Below are positions 1 to 8,430 of a DNA stretch of 64,000 nucleotides, piece after piece; position 1 is the first letter of the stretch; each line of letters begins with the position of its first letter. A program made the position numbers and the translations under genes. The notes beneath the pieces were generated by a model. It did not search any database. It was not told where the DNA came from and was given only the letters and a program-made list of their open reading frames with translations. The DNA comes from an uncultured Gammaproteobacteria bacterium. Its GTDB lineage: Bacteria > Patescibacteriota > Microgenomatia > UBA10105 > UBA927. The DNA is taken from contig CAZKLT010000002.1 in NCBI GenBank assembly GCA_964553825.1, positions 2,068 through 66,067 of the forward strand, given 5' to 3'.

Positions 1-868
1 CCAGAAGGGCATCTGCCAGGCTGTTGCGCCCTGCCTCTGTGATGATTTCTTCCTCCGTGAATCGCCCGGTAATAGCCCGGCCCTGATTTCGCAGGTCGGT
101 GGCAATCACCGATTGAATCATCTGCGCTGGTGAACCGAAATCGCACAGCGCCTTCGCATTCGCCTGCGTGAGGTCATACTGGAATTCCACGTCCACATCG
201 TACGCCATCTTCACACCCGTGCCGCTGAGAATGGCATTAGTGATACTGGTCTCACACGCCGCAGACTGGCACGCAGGGTCCCCGGGATTAGGATTGGATT
301 CCAATACCGCGCGGTCAAGCGTGCGGTACCGTTGGGTTCCCGTGGGATACAGACGTGTCATATCCATCGGGAGCGCGTATACGCCGGGCTTGAGCAGGCG
401 GAATTCCTGATGGGCTTCATCGTAATTGCAATACAGACCCATGTAACCGCCTGGCACATTGGCGGCAACGTGCCCCTGTCCATCGGGACCCATATCCACG
501 AATTTCTGTGGAATGGTGCGATAGAGTCCCGGACCCAGAATTTCGTAGTCCGTCGAGCCATCGGCATTGTATTTCTTGACGAAAATGCCGATGCGGCCCG
601 CGGGGATGTTTGCCGCCGCCATCACCTCGATGGTGAAATTCTTGGTCTCATCCGCGTCATCGGCTTTCCACTGGGCAATGCTGTCACCCGCATATTTGTA
701 TTGCGAGTATTGTTGGGTGACGTCCATTGCCGCGGCGTCGTAGTTGGGATTCACGACACCGACGATTTGTCCGTTCGGAACGAAGTCCGGCGGCGCTTGA
801 GCACCGCATGACGTGACGAAAATCAACATCAGTAGAGCACCGAACACTTGCCAATTTCTTGTTTTCAT
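1..868 (-). CDS. SPFH/band-7-like lipoprotein, N-terminal part (gene continues beyond window start)
   Basis: ATG at 868-866 preceded by a GAGGT RBS. Signal peptide with lipobox (LIFVTSC). The reading frame stays open to position 1. Segment IQSVIATDLRNQGRAITGRFTEEEIITEAGRNSLADAL resembles the SPFH/band-7 core. This ORF is not in the supplied track because it runs off the window edge. Confidence 0.5.
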   Translation of the reverse strand, partial: MKTRNWQVFGALLMLIFVTSCGAQAPPDFVPNGQIVGVVNPNYDAAAMDVTQQYSQYKYAGDSIAQWKADDADETKNFTIEVMAAANIPAGRIGIFVKKYNADGSTDYEILGPGLYRTIPQKFVDMGPDGQGHVAANVPGGYMGLYCNYDEAHQEFRLLKPGVYALPMDMTRLYPTGTQRYRTLDRAVLESNPNPGDPACQSAACETSITNAILSGTGVKMAYDVDVEFQYDLTQANAKALCDFGSPAQMIQSVIATDLRNQGRAITGRFTEEEIITEAGRNSLADALL

Positions 869-1068
869 ACTATTTACCTCATCTTGGATTTCTTGTGTCA
901 CTGTTTCGGCTGACCGGGCCTACGTGTGGTGTGACGGTGGGTTGGGTTTTGTTGGTCTGGTATTTTCCTTTTCTCTTTTGGTTTTGAACTATTGGACTGC
1001 TGACAGGGCCAGAAAAAATAGCATTCTGTTCCTGTTTCGCAGCCCAAAACAACCGCCAACATTCCTTT

Positions 1069-1388
1069 CTCTTGAACTTGTTAACGTGCATCAGGAATGC
1101 ACGAACACACTCCCCGAGTATGGGAAGCGGTCATGCTCTCTTGATTCCTTTTTGTCTTTCTGCAAATTCGTCCTTTCGGACTCATCAGTACGGACACACA
1201 TCCGTAGTTTGCAGAGGAAAGGATACGGGTGGCTCAGGTGACGTCGGGTTCAATCGACATACATATACACTGAACGACCAGCATCCTCAGGGCCATACTG
1301 GCACCTGCATCGCCTGTCTCACGACGGCAATGTCCCCCGGAGGACCTTACGTGCATCCTCGAACTATTCACGTTCAAGAGTAGTTCCA
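1069..1388. repeat. 320-bp direct repeat, copy 1 (MITE-like or structured 3-prime-UTR element). Termini form a 9-bp inverted repeat: ctcttgaac ... gttcaagag.
   Basis: Base-for-base identical to 2853-3172, which I checked line by line. It begins 15 nt after the stop of the TPM gene on the minus strand. The terminal inverted repeats extend imperfectly to about 35 bp (ctcttgaac..ggaatgcacg / cgtgcatcc..gttcaagag). Confidence 0.9.
1158..1216 (-). ncRNA. hammerhead-ribozyme-like motif (type III topology), copy 1
   Basis: Minus-strand RNA: UCUGCAAA-C-UACGGA(UGUGUG)UCCGUA-CUGAUGA-GUCC(GAAA)GGAC-GAA-UUUGCAGA. All conserved core nucleotides CUGAUGA and GAA are present. Stem I is 6 bp, stem II is 4 bp with a GAAA tetraloop, and stem III is 8 bp. 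C17 sits at position 1207. Non-canonical: the 15.1-16.1 pair is U-A instead of A-U. Confidence 0.4.
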
Positions 1389-1402
1389 TAAAGCACAGGG
1401 GC

Positions 1403-2695
1403 TTATTTACGCGCGCGTTTGAAGAGGTTCACCGCTGGACGATCTTCGATTTTCGCGTCACGCAATTCGGCTAGCTGTGCCTTGAGGGTTTTGATGTCGG
1501 TGAGGATACCCGCTTCGGGACCGATATCATCGGCTTTGGTATACCGTAGTGTCACGGTCAGCGGTTTTCCTTCGAGCAGGCGGGATTGGGCTTGCAGATC
1601 GCGGACATCAGGATCCGTATCAGCCTCCGCCTGGGTGAAGCCCATCATCGGGTCGAGGAGTTCAGCAATTTCTGCCTCGGTCATTTCCAGCACGTTCTTG
1701 CTCGTGCCAATGAGTTTGAGGTAGATGACTTCCCACTGCTCTACTTTTTCCCGATAGGACAACGTGCGCACGCCTTCCTTCTCGTTGTCGAGGAGCATCT
1801 TCCTGTTGCCCATCACGAGTTCGATTTTGCGCATGGTTCTGCGGATCGCTTCGACAGCCGCCGTTTCGATGTCCGAATATTCCTGAAGACCGTTGGCCTT
1901 CATACGGCTGTAAAGGAGCGTTCCCTCAGGTTCGTCGCCGGCTAAGACCAAATTTGCCTGGCGGACGATTTCCCCGGTGCGGTCAGTGAGCACCTTGAGG
2001 TAGTTGAGTTCAGCGATGACTGGGACTCCGAATCGCAGGAACAGCCAACCTAAACCCACAAGGATTGCCAGCACGGCAAACCCGGCGAAGAAATTCCGTA
2101 CAGGCTTCATGTCCACGGGTGGACGCGGCGTTGCCGTAGGCTGGGATGTCGGCATGGCGAATTGCTGATTTGCGTTCGGATACGCCACGCGATATGCCTC
2201 GGCGAGCGCGATGACAATGCTCTCAGTAGCCTCATTGCTTGCCACGCCGTCGAGCACTAACTGCTTCACCGTCTCATCGGCAAGATGAATCGGCGTTGCT
2301 GAACCGAGCGTGCCGCCAACATCAAGCGTAACGGTCATTTCTCCGTCCACGATACCCACCGAGAGGAAGTAGCCGCTTTGGTGCAGCTCCATCTGCTCAA
2401 CGTTATCAATGGTCTGCGGAAACCGTGCCTGAGAGGCAATTTGCACCGCATCAATCCGGGCGTACCATTCATCCTCTGAGCTATATCGCTCATCGGATAG
2501 AAACAGGCCAACCTTGACCCCTTTGAGCGCAAGCGGCTTCATAGCCTCACACACTTGCTGCACATTGAGGGAATTGGTCTCATCCACGATGATGCCGTTA
2601 TCGCAACTGGCTTGCGCGTGAGCATTCGTGGGGACGACAGACGCTGTGATGACGAACATCAATACAAGCGTCAACAAACGACGAATAGCGTTCAT
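1403..2695 (-). CDS. membrane protein with an extracytoplasmic TPM-like (phosphatase-fold) domain, one TM helix and a cytoplasmic coiled domain
   Basis: 430 aa. AGGAGA RBS 8 nt upstream of the ATG at 2695. Signal peptide. Segment IIVDETNSLN...KVGLFLSDE...GYFLSVGIVDGEMTVTLDVGGTL fits the TPM pattern. TM helix FFAGFAVLAILVGLGWLFL. Confidence 0.5.
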   Translation of the reverse strand: MNAIRRLLTLVLMFVITASVVPTNAHAQASCDNGIIVDETNSLNVQQVCEAMKPLALKGVKVGLFLSDERYSSEDEWYARIDAVQIASQARFPQTIDNVEQMELHQSGYFLSVGIVDGEMTVTLDVGGTLGSATPIHLADETVKQLVLDGVASNEATESIVIALAEAYRVAYPNANQQFAMPTSQPTATPRPPVDMKPVRNFFAGFAVLAILVGLGWLFLRFGVPVIAELNYLKVLTDRTGEIVRQANLVLAGDEPEGTLLYSRMKANGLQEYSDIETAAVEAIRRTMRKIELVMGNRKMLLDNEKEGVRTLSYREKVEQWEVIYLKLIGTSKNVLEMTEAEIAELLDPMMGFTQAEADTDPDVRDLQAQSRLLEGKPLTVTLRYTKADDIGPEAGILTDIKTLKAQLAELRDAKIEDRPAVNLFKRARK

Positions 2696-2852
2696 GGGGA
2701 TTCATCTCCTGGGTAGTATTTTGGATAATTCCAGCGGTGGTCTCGGCATACCGAGTTTGCTCATCCCTCTTCTGACAAAATGGGACGATACGAAGATACA
2801 CAAGAAATGCTCTATCTTCATATCGTCCCACATCATCAGTCAATTATTTCTA

Positions 2853-3172
2853 CTCTTGAACTTGTTAACGTGCATCAGGAATGCACGAACACACTCCCCG
2901 AGTATGGGAAGCGGTCATGCTCTCTTGATTCCTTTTTGTCTTTCTGCAAATTCGTCCTTTCGGACTCATCAGTACGGACACACATCCGTAGTTTGCAGAG
3001 GAAAGGATACGGGTGGCTCAGGTGACGTCGGGTTCAATCGACATACATATACACTGAACGACCAGCATCCTCAGGGCCATACTGGCACCTGCATCGCCTG
3101 TCTCACGACGGCAATGTCCCCCGGAGGACCTTACGTGCATCCTCGAACTATTCACGTTCAAGAGTAGTTCCA
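2853..3172. repeat. 320-bp direct repeat, copy 2
   Basis: Identical to 1069-1388 with an offset of 1784 bp. It begins 15 nt after the pspA stop codon on the minus strand. It occupies the pspA-to-TPM intergenic region. Confidence 0.9.
2942..3000 (-). ncRNA. hammerhead-ribozyme-like motif, copy 2
   Basis: Identical sequence to copy 1 (offset 1784). The putative cleavage site C17 is at 2991. Confidence 0.4.
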
Positions 3173-3187
3173 ATGCAAATCTGCCTG

Positions 3188-3874
3188 CTATGCGCCCTTC
3201 TTGAGGGAGGCTTTCAGGGCGATGATATCGGCGCGCGCCTTTGCCACGGCATCGGTATTTCCCATGGCGTCGGAGATGGAGCCGACCACGCGCTTGTGGC
3301 GCTGATGTGCACGGCGATTCTTTTCCAGAATCTTCCCGCCGTAATCATCGAGCCCCTTGGTCTTACCAACCACTGCCTGAGCACCTTCCATGGCATCGGT
3401 GGACGCTTCGACCGCCTTGGTATCTTCCTTGGCTTCTTCGAGTTCCTTCACGCGCGCCACACCCTGCTCATACAGCATGGTGAGGAATTTGATGCATTCA
3501 TCATTGTCCGCGAACTCCGCTTCCTTGGCGGCGAGTCTCTCTTCGCGTTTCTTGATTTCTTCATCAAGTGCGTTGAATTGAACGCGGAGGAGCTCCGCAT
3601 CCTTGTCGTTGTTCTCGTCGTCGTCCAGCAGGAGAGCCTTCACATCACGGTCGAGCGCCGTTCTCTGCGGGCGGGCGGTCTTGAGGTATTTCCTCAGGTC
3701 GCCGATTGCAACGGTCACCGCATCCTGCACATTGTACATGCGCTCGCGCGCGCGATACAGGTCACGGACGCGCTGTTTGAGGACGGGGATGTCGAAAATT
3801 TCCATTAGAGCATCCATGCCCTCATTGAGGATGCCGAGCGAGAGCAGACGTGCCTTTTGGGCTGTTGTATCCAT
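3188..3874 (-). CDS. pspA: PspA/IM30 (Vipp1/LiaH) family membrane-stress protein
   Basis: 228 aa. Long charged coiled-coil. N-terminal MDALMEIFDIPVLKQRVRDLYRARERM and overall charge periodicity are typical of PspA. Confidence 0.6.
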   Translation of the reverse strand: MDTTAQKARLLSLGILNEGMDALMEIFDIPVLKQRVRDLYRARERMYNVQDAVTVAIGDLRKYLKTARPQRTALDRDVKALLLDDDENNDKDAELLRVQFNALDEEIKKREERLAAKEAEFADNDECIKFLTMLYEQGVARVKELEEAKEDTKAVEASTDAMEGAQAVVGKTKGLDDYGGKILEKNRRAHQRHKRVVGSISDAMGNTDAVAKARADIIALKASLKKGA

Positions 3875-4140
3875 ACGATTTTCTCACTTTCTACTAGTTG
3901 AATTGAAATTTTTTCGTGCTTTCGAACAAACTACGTACCTTGCCTTATTGGAACGGTTCACCTCCTGTGGTGTGAAAAAATGAAATTTTGAGACGCACAA
4001 ACGTAAGAGAAGAGCTCTCCTACCTCGCGTGCGTCCCAAACGCATGGAACCATACACTACTCTTGAGTTTTAAAGAGCGATGCTTCCAACGGAGTGAAAA
4101 TTATAGGGCGCAAATGCCCCGCACCTTCATACAGCGGAAA

Positions 4141-4190
4141 CTGGAGGATTGTAGCATTTTTTTAGGGAACAGTCAAAAACTATGGGGTAT
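4141..4190 (-). promoter_or_regulatory. sigma70-like promoter for pspA: TTGACT, 17-nt spacer, TACAAT, with a shared upstream motif TAATACCCCATAG
   Basis: The minus strand reads TTAATACCCCATAGTTTTTGACT gttccctaaaaaaatgc TACAAT. The leader to the pspA ATG is about 260 nt. Confidence 0.5.
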
Positions 4191-4198
4191 TAAAACGG

Positions 4199-4245
4199 TA
4201 CCAGACGGCGTAGCACGAAAACATAACATGTGACTACGCCATCTG
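4199..4245 (-). terminator. putative intrinsic terminator after the 4298-5089 gene
   Basis: 13-bp stem (ccagacggcgtag / ctacgccatctgg, one mismatch) with a 20-nt loop. On the minus strand it is followed by taccgtttta. Confidence 0.35.
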
Positions 4246-4297
4246 GATTTGGCGGATAATCTGCAGGATACCGTTTTTATTGGAGGGCGGGAGCGCA

Positions 4298-5089
4298 TCA
4301 CTCCATGTTGAATTCATTCTCCACGAACACCTCGTCCCAGAAATCCATGATGCCATCATTGACTTTCCAGGCGATGAATCCATACACGATGAGTACCAGA
4401 ATGGCGAGGAGAAAAATTCCCAGTTGCGCGAGAATCTTCACCCAATCACCGTCTCCCGAGGAGGAACTGGAGCGCGAACTGCGCCGGGTTGTGGACGATG
4501 TCCTGTTGCTTGACACGGGCATGGGAACGGGCATCGCCATCACGTTACTGGAGCGGGAACTTGCCTTGGCTTTGGATGATGAGCGGGTCGATGCGCGGTC
4601 CGACAACGACGGTTTTTGACCCGTCTGGAACGGATTCCAGCCCTGACCGTTGATGTTAATCAGGGTCGTGTTGGTCGGCCGCCTTGACCGCTCCTGAAAC
4701 TCATCCCAATGTTCATAATCCGGCCGGGCGCTCCCAAACTTGCGCTTGCTGTAGGTAACGAAAATCCCCCACACCACAATGGCTGACGCCACGTTGAAGC
4801 CGGGAACCCAGACCATCCACCAGCGGTAGGGACCAATAAATGCGTCTGCCATGTCGCGCATGCCGGGCAGAAATGCATCCAGCCCCAGAAGCGTTCCGAG
4901 TGTCAGGATCACCAGCGCTACCACCGTGTTGACATACTTGGTGGCTTGAACAAGGTAGTACATCACGGACGATCCGCCTTCGTCCTTGATGACTTCCGAC
5001 TCGGTCTGCACGGGGCCGTGCAGACTGTCGCTCAGCAGAATCAGTACGATTGCGCCGAGCACGGGGAAAAGATAACCATATTCCATTGT
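4298..5089 (-). CDS. hypothetical membrane protein with a Ser/Arg-rich low-complexity linker
   Basis: ATG (MEYGYLF) with an AGGAG RBS 8 nt upstream. Several TM segments. The long upstream extension in the ORF track lacks an RBS. Confidence 0.6.
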   Translation of the reverse strand, partial: TMEYGYLFPVLGAIVLILLSDSLHGPVQTESEVIKDEGGSSVMYYLVQATKYVNTVVALVILTLGTLLGLDAFLPGMRDMADAFIGPYRWWMVWVPGFNVASAIVVWGIFVTYSKRKFGSARPDYEHWDEFQERSRRPTNTTLININGQGWNPFQTGQKPSLSDRASTRSSSKAKASSRSSNVMAMPVPMPVSSNRTSSTTRRSSRSSSSSGDGDWVKILAQLGIFLLAILVLIVYGFIAWKVNDGIMDFWDEVFVENEFNME

Positions 5090-5254
5090 ATAACACTCCT
5101 TGAGTAGTATATTTTGACTGTCTTGAGGGCAGCCATCTGTTCGCGAATCGCGAAGCATATTGCCGCTCTCAAGAGATATCCTGCACATTATTAATGAGCA
5201 AATTACTTGTCTTACCATTGCAACTATCGGCCGCAATCAGTCGCGTGCATACGG

Positions 5255-5300
5255 CAAAAGAAGTCCCGGAATTATACTTTAAATGAGGCTGAGAGTCAAA
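5255..5300 (-). promoter_or_regulatory. sigma70-like promoter: TTGACT, 17-nt spacer, TATAAT, with the same upstream motif as the pspA promoter
   Basis: The minus strand reads ATAATACCCCATAGTTTTGACT ctcagcctcatttaaag TATAAT. It drives the 4298-5089 gene. Confidence 0.5.
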
Positions 5301-5319
5301 ACTATGGGGTATTATCCCG

Positions 5320-6600
5320 CTACTTTATGGCTGATACAATCCGCTCGATGGCTACTACAAACGCGGCAGTGCGCATGTCCGTCTTGTATCGCTTCGATGC
5401 ATCCCACACGTCGCTTGCTGCCTTGTTCATCTTTTCTTTGAGTCTGGCGTTCACATCATCTTTTGTCCACCGTTCCCCCTTGAGGTTTTGTTCCCACTCA
5501 AAGCAGGAGACCGTCACGCCACCGGAATTAGCAAGAATATCGGGTATCACCACGACACCCTTCTTATATAATGTAGCGTCAGCTTCAGGCGTCGTGGGGC
5601 CATTTGCCATTTCCAGGACGATTTTTGCCTGTATGCTCTTGGCGTTTTCCGCAGTCAGTACGTTTTCCAGGGCGGAGGGCACAAGAATATCGACAGGAAG
5701 CTCAAGAAGCGCTTCGTTTGATATTTGTCTCCCCTGCTTCACATCGCATACGGTGCCTGAGCAGTAGCATCCGGCAAGCATGCCCGTTTTCTTCTTGCAT
5801 TGGAGTGTCGTCACGGGATCCAAACCGTCAGGCACCAACACGCCACCACGGCTGTCTGAAACGGCTATTACTTTTACACCTGCTTCAACCAAAAATTTTG
5901 CCACATTAAATCCCACATTCCCGAACCCCTGAACGGCGGCGGTAAGACCGTCCTTTTTTCCTAACTTCGCCAAAATCGCCTGAAGCACAAACAATCCGCC
6001 TTTTCCTGTTGCTTCTTCGCGCCCCTCGCTCCCGCCATCTGTGAGTAGTTTCCCCGTAAACGTCGCCCTGAGCGTTTCGTCGGCCGGCATTCCCTTCTCC
6101 TTCTGAACAGCCATAAACTCATCGACCATCCATCCCATGATGGTGCCATTGGTATTTACGTCCGGCGCGGGCACATCTTTTTGCGGCCCGATATGGTCGG
6201 CAATCGCCCGGACATACCCTCGCGATAGTCGTTCAAGCTCACCCTCGGAAAGTGTTTTGGGATCCACAACAACGCCACCCTTCCCCCCGCCGAGCGGTAA
6301 ATCCGCAACGGCGCATTTCATCGCCATCCAGAAGGCAAGTGCCTTAACCTCATCCATGGATACCTGCTGGTGAAACCGGATGCCGCCTTTATACGGTCCC
6401 CGTGCATTATTGTATTGCACCCGGTATCCTTGAAATGTCTTGGTTGTCCCATCGTCCATGACGACGGGTATTTCCACATTGAGTATCCGCTGAGGCTCCT
6501 GCAGCTTAGCTACATCCGCCTGAATGGAAGGATCAGGCAGAAGTGCCGCTGCACGCTTGAGCTGGGTCAGTGCGCTTTCAAATGGATTTGCTGGTTGCAT
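5320..6600 (-). CDS. gdhA: NAD(P)-specific glutamate dehydrogenase
   Basis: 426 aa. KGGIRFH ... GGGKGG motifs. GGAGG RBS. Confidence 0.9.
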   Translation of the reverse strand: MQPANPFESALTQLKRAAALLPDPSIQADVAKLQEPQRILNVEIPVVMDDGTTKTFQGYRVQYNNARGPYKGGIRFHQQVSMDEVKALAFWMAMKCAVADLPLGGGKGGVVVDPKTLSEGELERLSRGYVRAIADHIGPQKDVPAPDVNTNGTIMGWMVDEFMAVQKEKGMPADETLRATFTGKLLTDGGSEGREEATGKGGLFVLQAILAKLGKKDGLTAAVQGFGNVGFNVAKFLVEAGVKVIAVSDSRGGVLVPDGLDPVTTLQCKKKTGMLAGCYCSGTVCDVKQGRQISNEALLELPVDILVPSALENVLTAENAKSIQAKIVLEMANGPTTPEADATLYKKGVVVIPDILANSGGVTVSCFEWEQNLKGERWTKDDVNARLKEKMNKAASDVWDASKRYKTDMRTAAFVVAIERIVSAIK

Positions 6601-6751
6601 AAACTGCCTCCTTTTTTGACTTATCTGAGCCTATCGTGCTTTCTCGTATCTTTGCTTGACAAAACGAGGACATAAAATCCCACACGCTGAAACTCGCGGT
6701 TTTCGCGTTCTTGATATAACACTAGTCGCACATACGGGGTAAAACCACGCG

Positions 6752-7477
6752 CTAGAAATACAGCTCTTTGTATATCTGTGCTTTCGGCACACCTGCGCCG
6801 GTAAGCTGTGCTTCCATATCCACGATCATCTGCTTGTTACCGCAGAGGTAATAATCACTGCCTGGTATGTTCTGCTCTTCCTGTATCACATGCTCCGTCA
6901 CCCGACCTCGCTTCCCATGCCATGTTTCTCCTGCACGGGAAAGCGTCAGGACATAGCGAAAATTTGGGTATTCCTGGGAAAGCGCCCGAAATTCTTCATC
7001 CCAATACACATCGTCTTCATGGCGCAGTCCCCAGTAAAGCGTTATATCGTCGGTCCCGCCGGACGTAAGATAATCGATGATCATAGGTCGGTATGGCGCG
7101 ATTCCTGTTCCCGTCGCCACGAGGACTTTTTTCCGGTGCGATTCCTTATCCAGAATAAATATCCCCAGGGGGGCCATAAACGTAGCCTGGTCGCCTTCTT
7201 TATGGGTAAGCGTCCATTGGGAGCCCGGACCCATGGGGCTCACATCGTGACACATAAGGATATGCGTGGTATCTGTCGGAAGCGACGCGATAGACATGCT
7301 GCGGTTTAGCCCTTCCCCAACATGAAGGGAGATCGTCTGTCCGGGAAGAAAAGTAATTGTCGGCGGCGCCGTTACACGGAAATTGACAAGGAAAATATGT
7401 TTCGTCAGCTGTTTTTTGGATTCGATAACTGCCGTGTATTTTTGCGGGCGTGGACGCTTGGAAAGATCAATAGCCAT
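6752..7477 (-). CDS. FAD/NAD(P)-binding oxidoreductase (ferredoxin-NADP reductase-like)
   Basis: GTGIAPYRPM NAD-binding motif. GGAGGAA RBS. The start ATG (7477-7475) lies 2 nt downstream of the trxB stop codon. Confidence 0.7.
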   Translation of the reverse strand: MAIDLSKRPRPQKYTAVIESKKQLTKHIFLVNFRVTAPPTITFLPGQTISLHVGEGLNRSMSIASLPTDTTHILMCHDVSPMGPGSQWTLTHKEGDQATFMAPLGIFILDKESHRKKVLVATGTGIAPYRPMIIDYLTSGGTDDITLYWGLRHEDDVYWDEEFRALSQEYPNFRYVLTLSRAGETWHGKRGRVTEHVIQEEQNIPGSDYYLCGNKQMIVDMEAQLTGAGVPKAQIYKELYF

Positions 7478-7479
7478 AG

Positions 7480-8430
7480 CTATGCGTGTTCCTCCAGGTA
7501 TTTTTGTGCGTCCATTGCGGCCATGCACCCTTGTCCCGCCGCTACAATCGCCTGGCGGTATCGCGGGTCAACACAATCGCCAGCAGCAAATATTCCGGGG
7601 ATCGATGTTTCTGTTTGTGATCCCGTTGCCGACGCCGAATGGTTGACGACAATGTACCCTTTTTCATCCAGTTTCAGAGTTCCTTTGAGAAAATCGGTAT
7701 TGGGTTTGTGTCCGATTGCCAGGAAAACTCCTTGAGTAGTTATAGTGCTCACTTCACCTGTTTGAGAGTCCTTCAATCGCACTCCCGTAACCGCCGTTTC
7801 TCCCATAATCTCCTCTACTATCTTGTTGGTGAGGAAGCGAATCTTCGGATCCTTACGGGCGCGCGCCAACATGATCGCCGATGCGCGGAATTCGTTTCTT
7901 CGGTGAATAATGGTAACGTTGGTGGCAAACTTCGTAAGAAATGTTGCCTCTTCCATCGCCGTATCCCCGCCGCCAACGACAACCACTTCTTTCCCGCGGA
8001 AGAAAAAGCCATCACATGTTGCACAAGCAGATACGCCTTTCCCCGCGAGCTTCGATTCCGAAAGAAGACCAAGATACATGGCCGATGCTCCCGTGGCGAT
8101 GATAACCGTCCTGGCGGTGTATTCTGCGTTTTGGGTTTTGAGCGTAAATTCTTTTTCTGATTTGGGCGTTATCTTCGTTACGATTTCCCCCTTTACCTCA
8201 GCGCCAAAGCGTTCCACTTGTGTCTTCATGTCAACCATTAACTGAGGCCCCAAAATACCTTTTGGAAAGCCAGGGAAATTATCAACCTCTGTCGTGGTCG
8301 TCAGCTGGCCGCCGGGTTGTATTCCCGAGAGCACCAAGGTCTTGAGAAATGCCCGGGCGTTGTAGAGGGCGGCAGTGTATCCCGCAGGTCCGCTGCCTAC
8401 GATGGCGACGTCATACATAGGAATATCCAT
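7480..8430 (-). CDS. trxB: thioredoxin-disulfide reductase
   Basis: 316 aa. GSGPAG and CATC redox-active motifs. Confidence 0.9.
   Translation of the reverse strand: MDIPMYDVAIVGSGPAGYTAALYNARAFLKTLVLSGIQPGGQLTTTTEVDNFPGFPKGILGPQLMVDMKTQVERFGAEVKGEIVTKITPKSEKEFTLKTQNAEYTARTVIIATGASAMYLGLLSESKLAGKGVSACATCDGFFFRGKEVVVVGGGDTAMEEATFLTKFATNVTIIHRRNEFRASAIMLARARKDPKIRFLTNKIVEEIMGETAVTGVRLKDSQTGEVSTITTQGVFLAIGHKPNTDFLKGTLKLDEKGYIVVNHSASATGSQTETSIPGIFAAGDCVDPRYRQAIVAAGQGCMAAMDAQKYLEEHA

Noticed and set aside
813-3167. Plus-strand ORFs 813-1241, 1072-1383, 2628-3167 and 2780-3025 that give identical peptides
   Set aside because: They are identical only because they read through the two 320-bp repeat copies. 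They have no RBS, overlap each other, and lie antisense to the operon. I treat them as non-coding.
1069-3172. Diversity-generating retroelement (TR/VR pair) explanation for the repeats
   Set aside because: The copies are 100% identical, with no adenine-specific differences. There is no reverse transcriptase nearby, and neither copy overlaps the 3-prime end of a coding gene.
4051-4072. Possible solo terminal repeat (ctactcttgag) of the 320-bp element in the pspA leader
   Set aside because: Only a 10-bp match to the repeat terminus. This is too short to distinguish from chance.
3988-4233. 81-aa ORF in the pspA leader region
   Set aside because: It lies inside the predicted promoter/leader and has no RBS. 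It is likely spurious.
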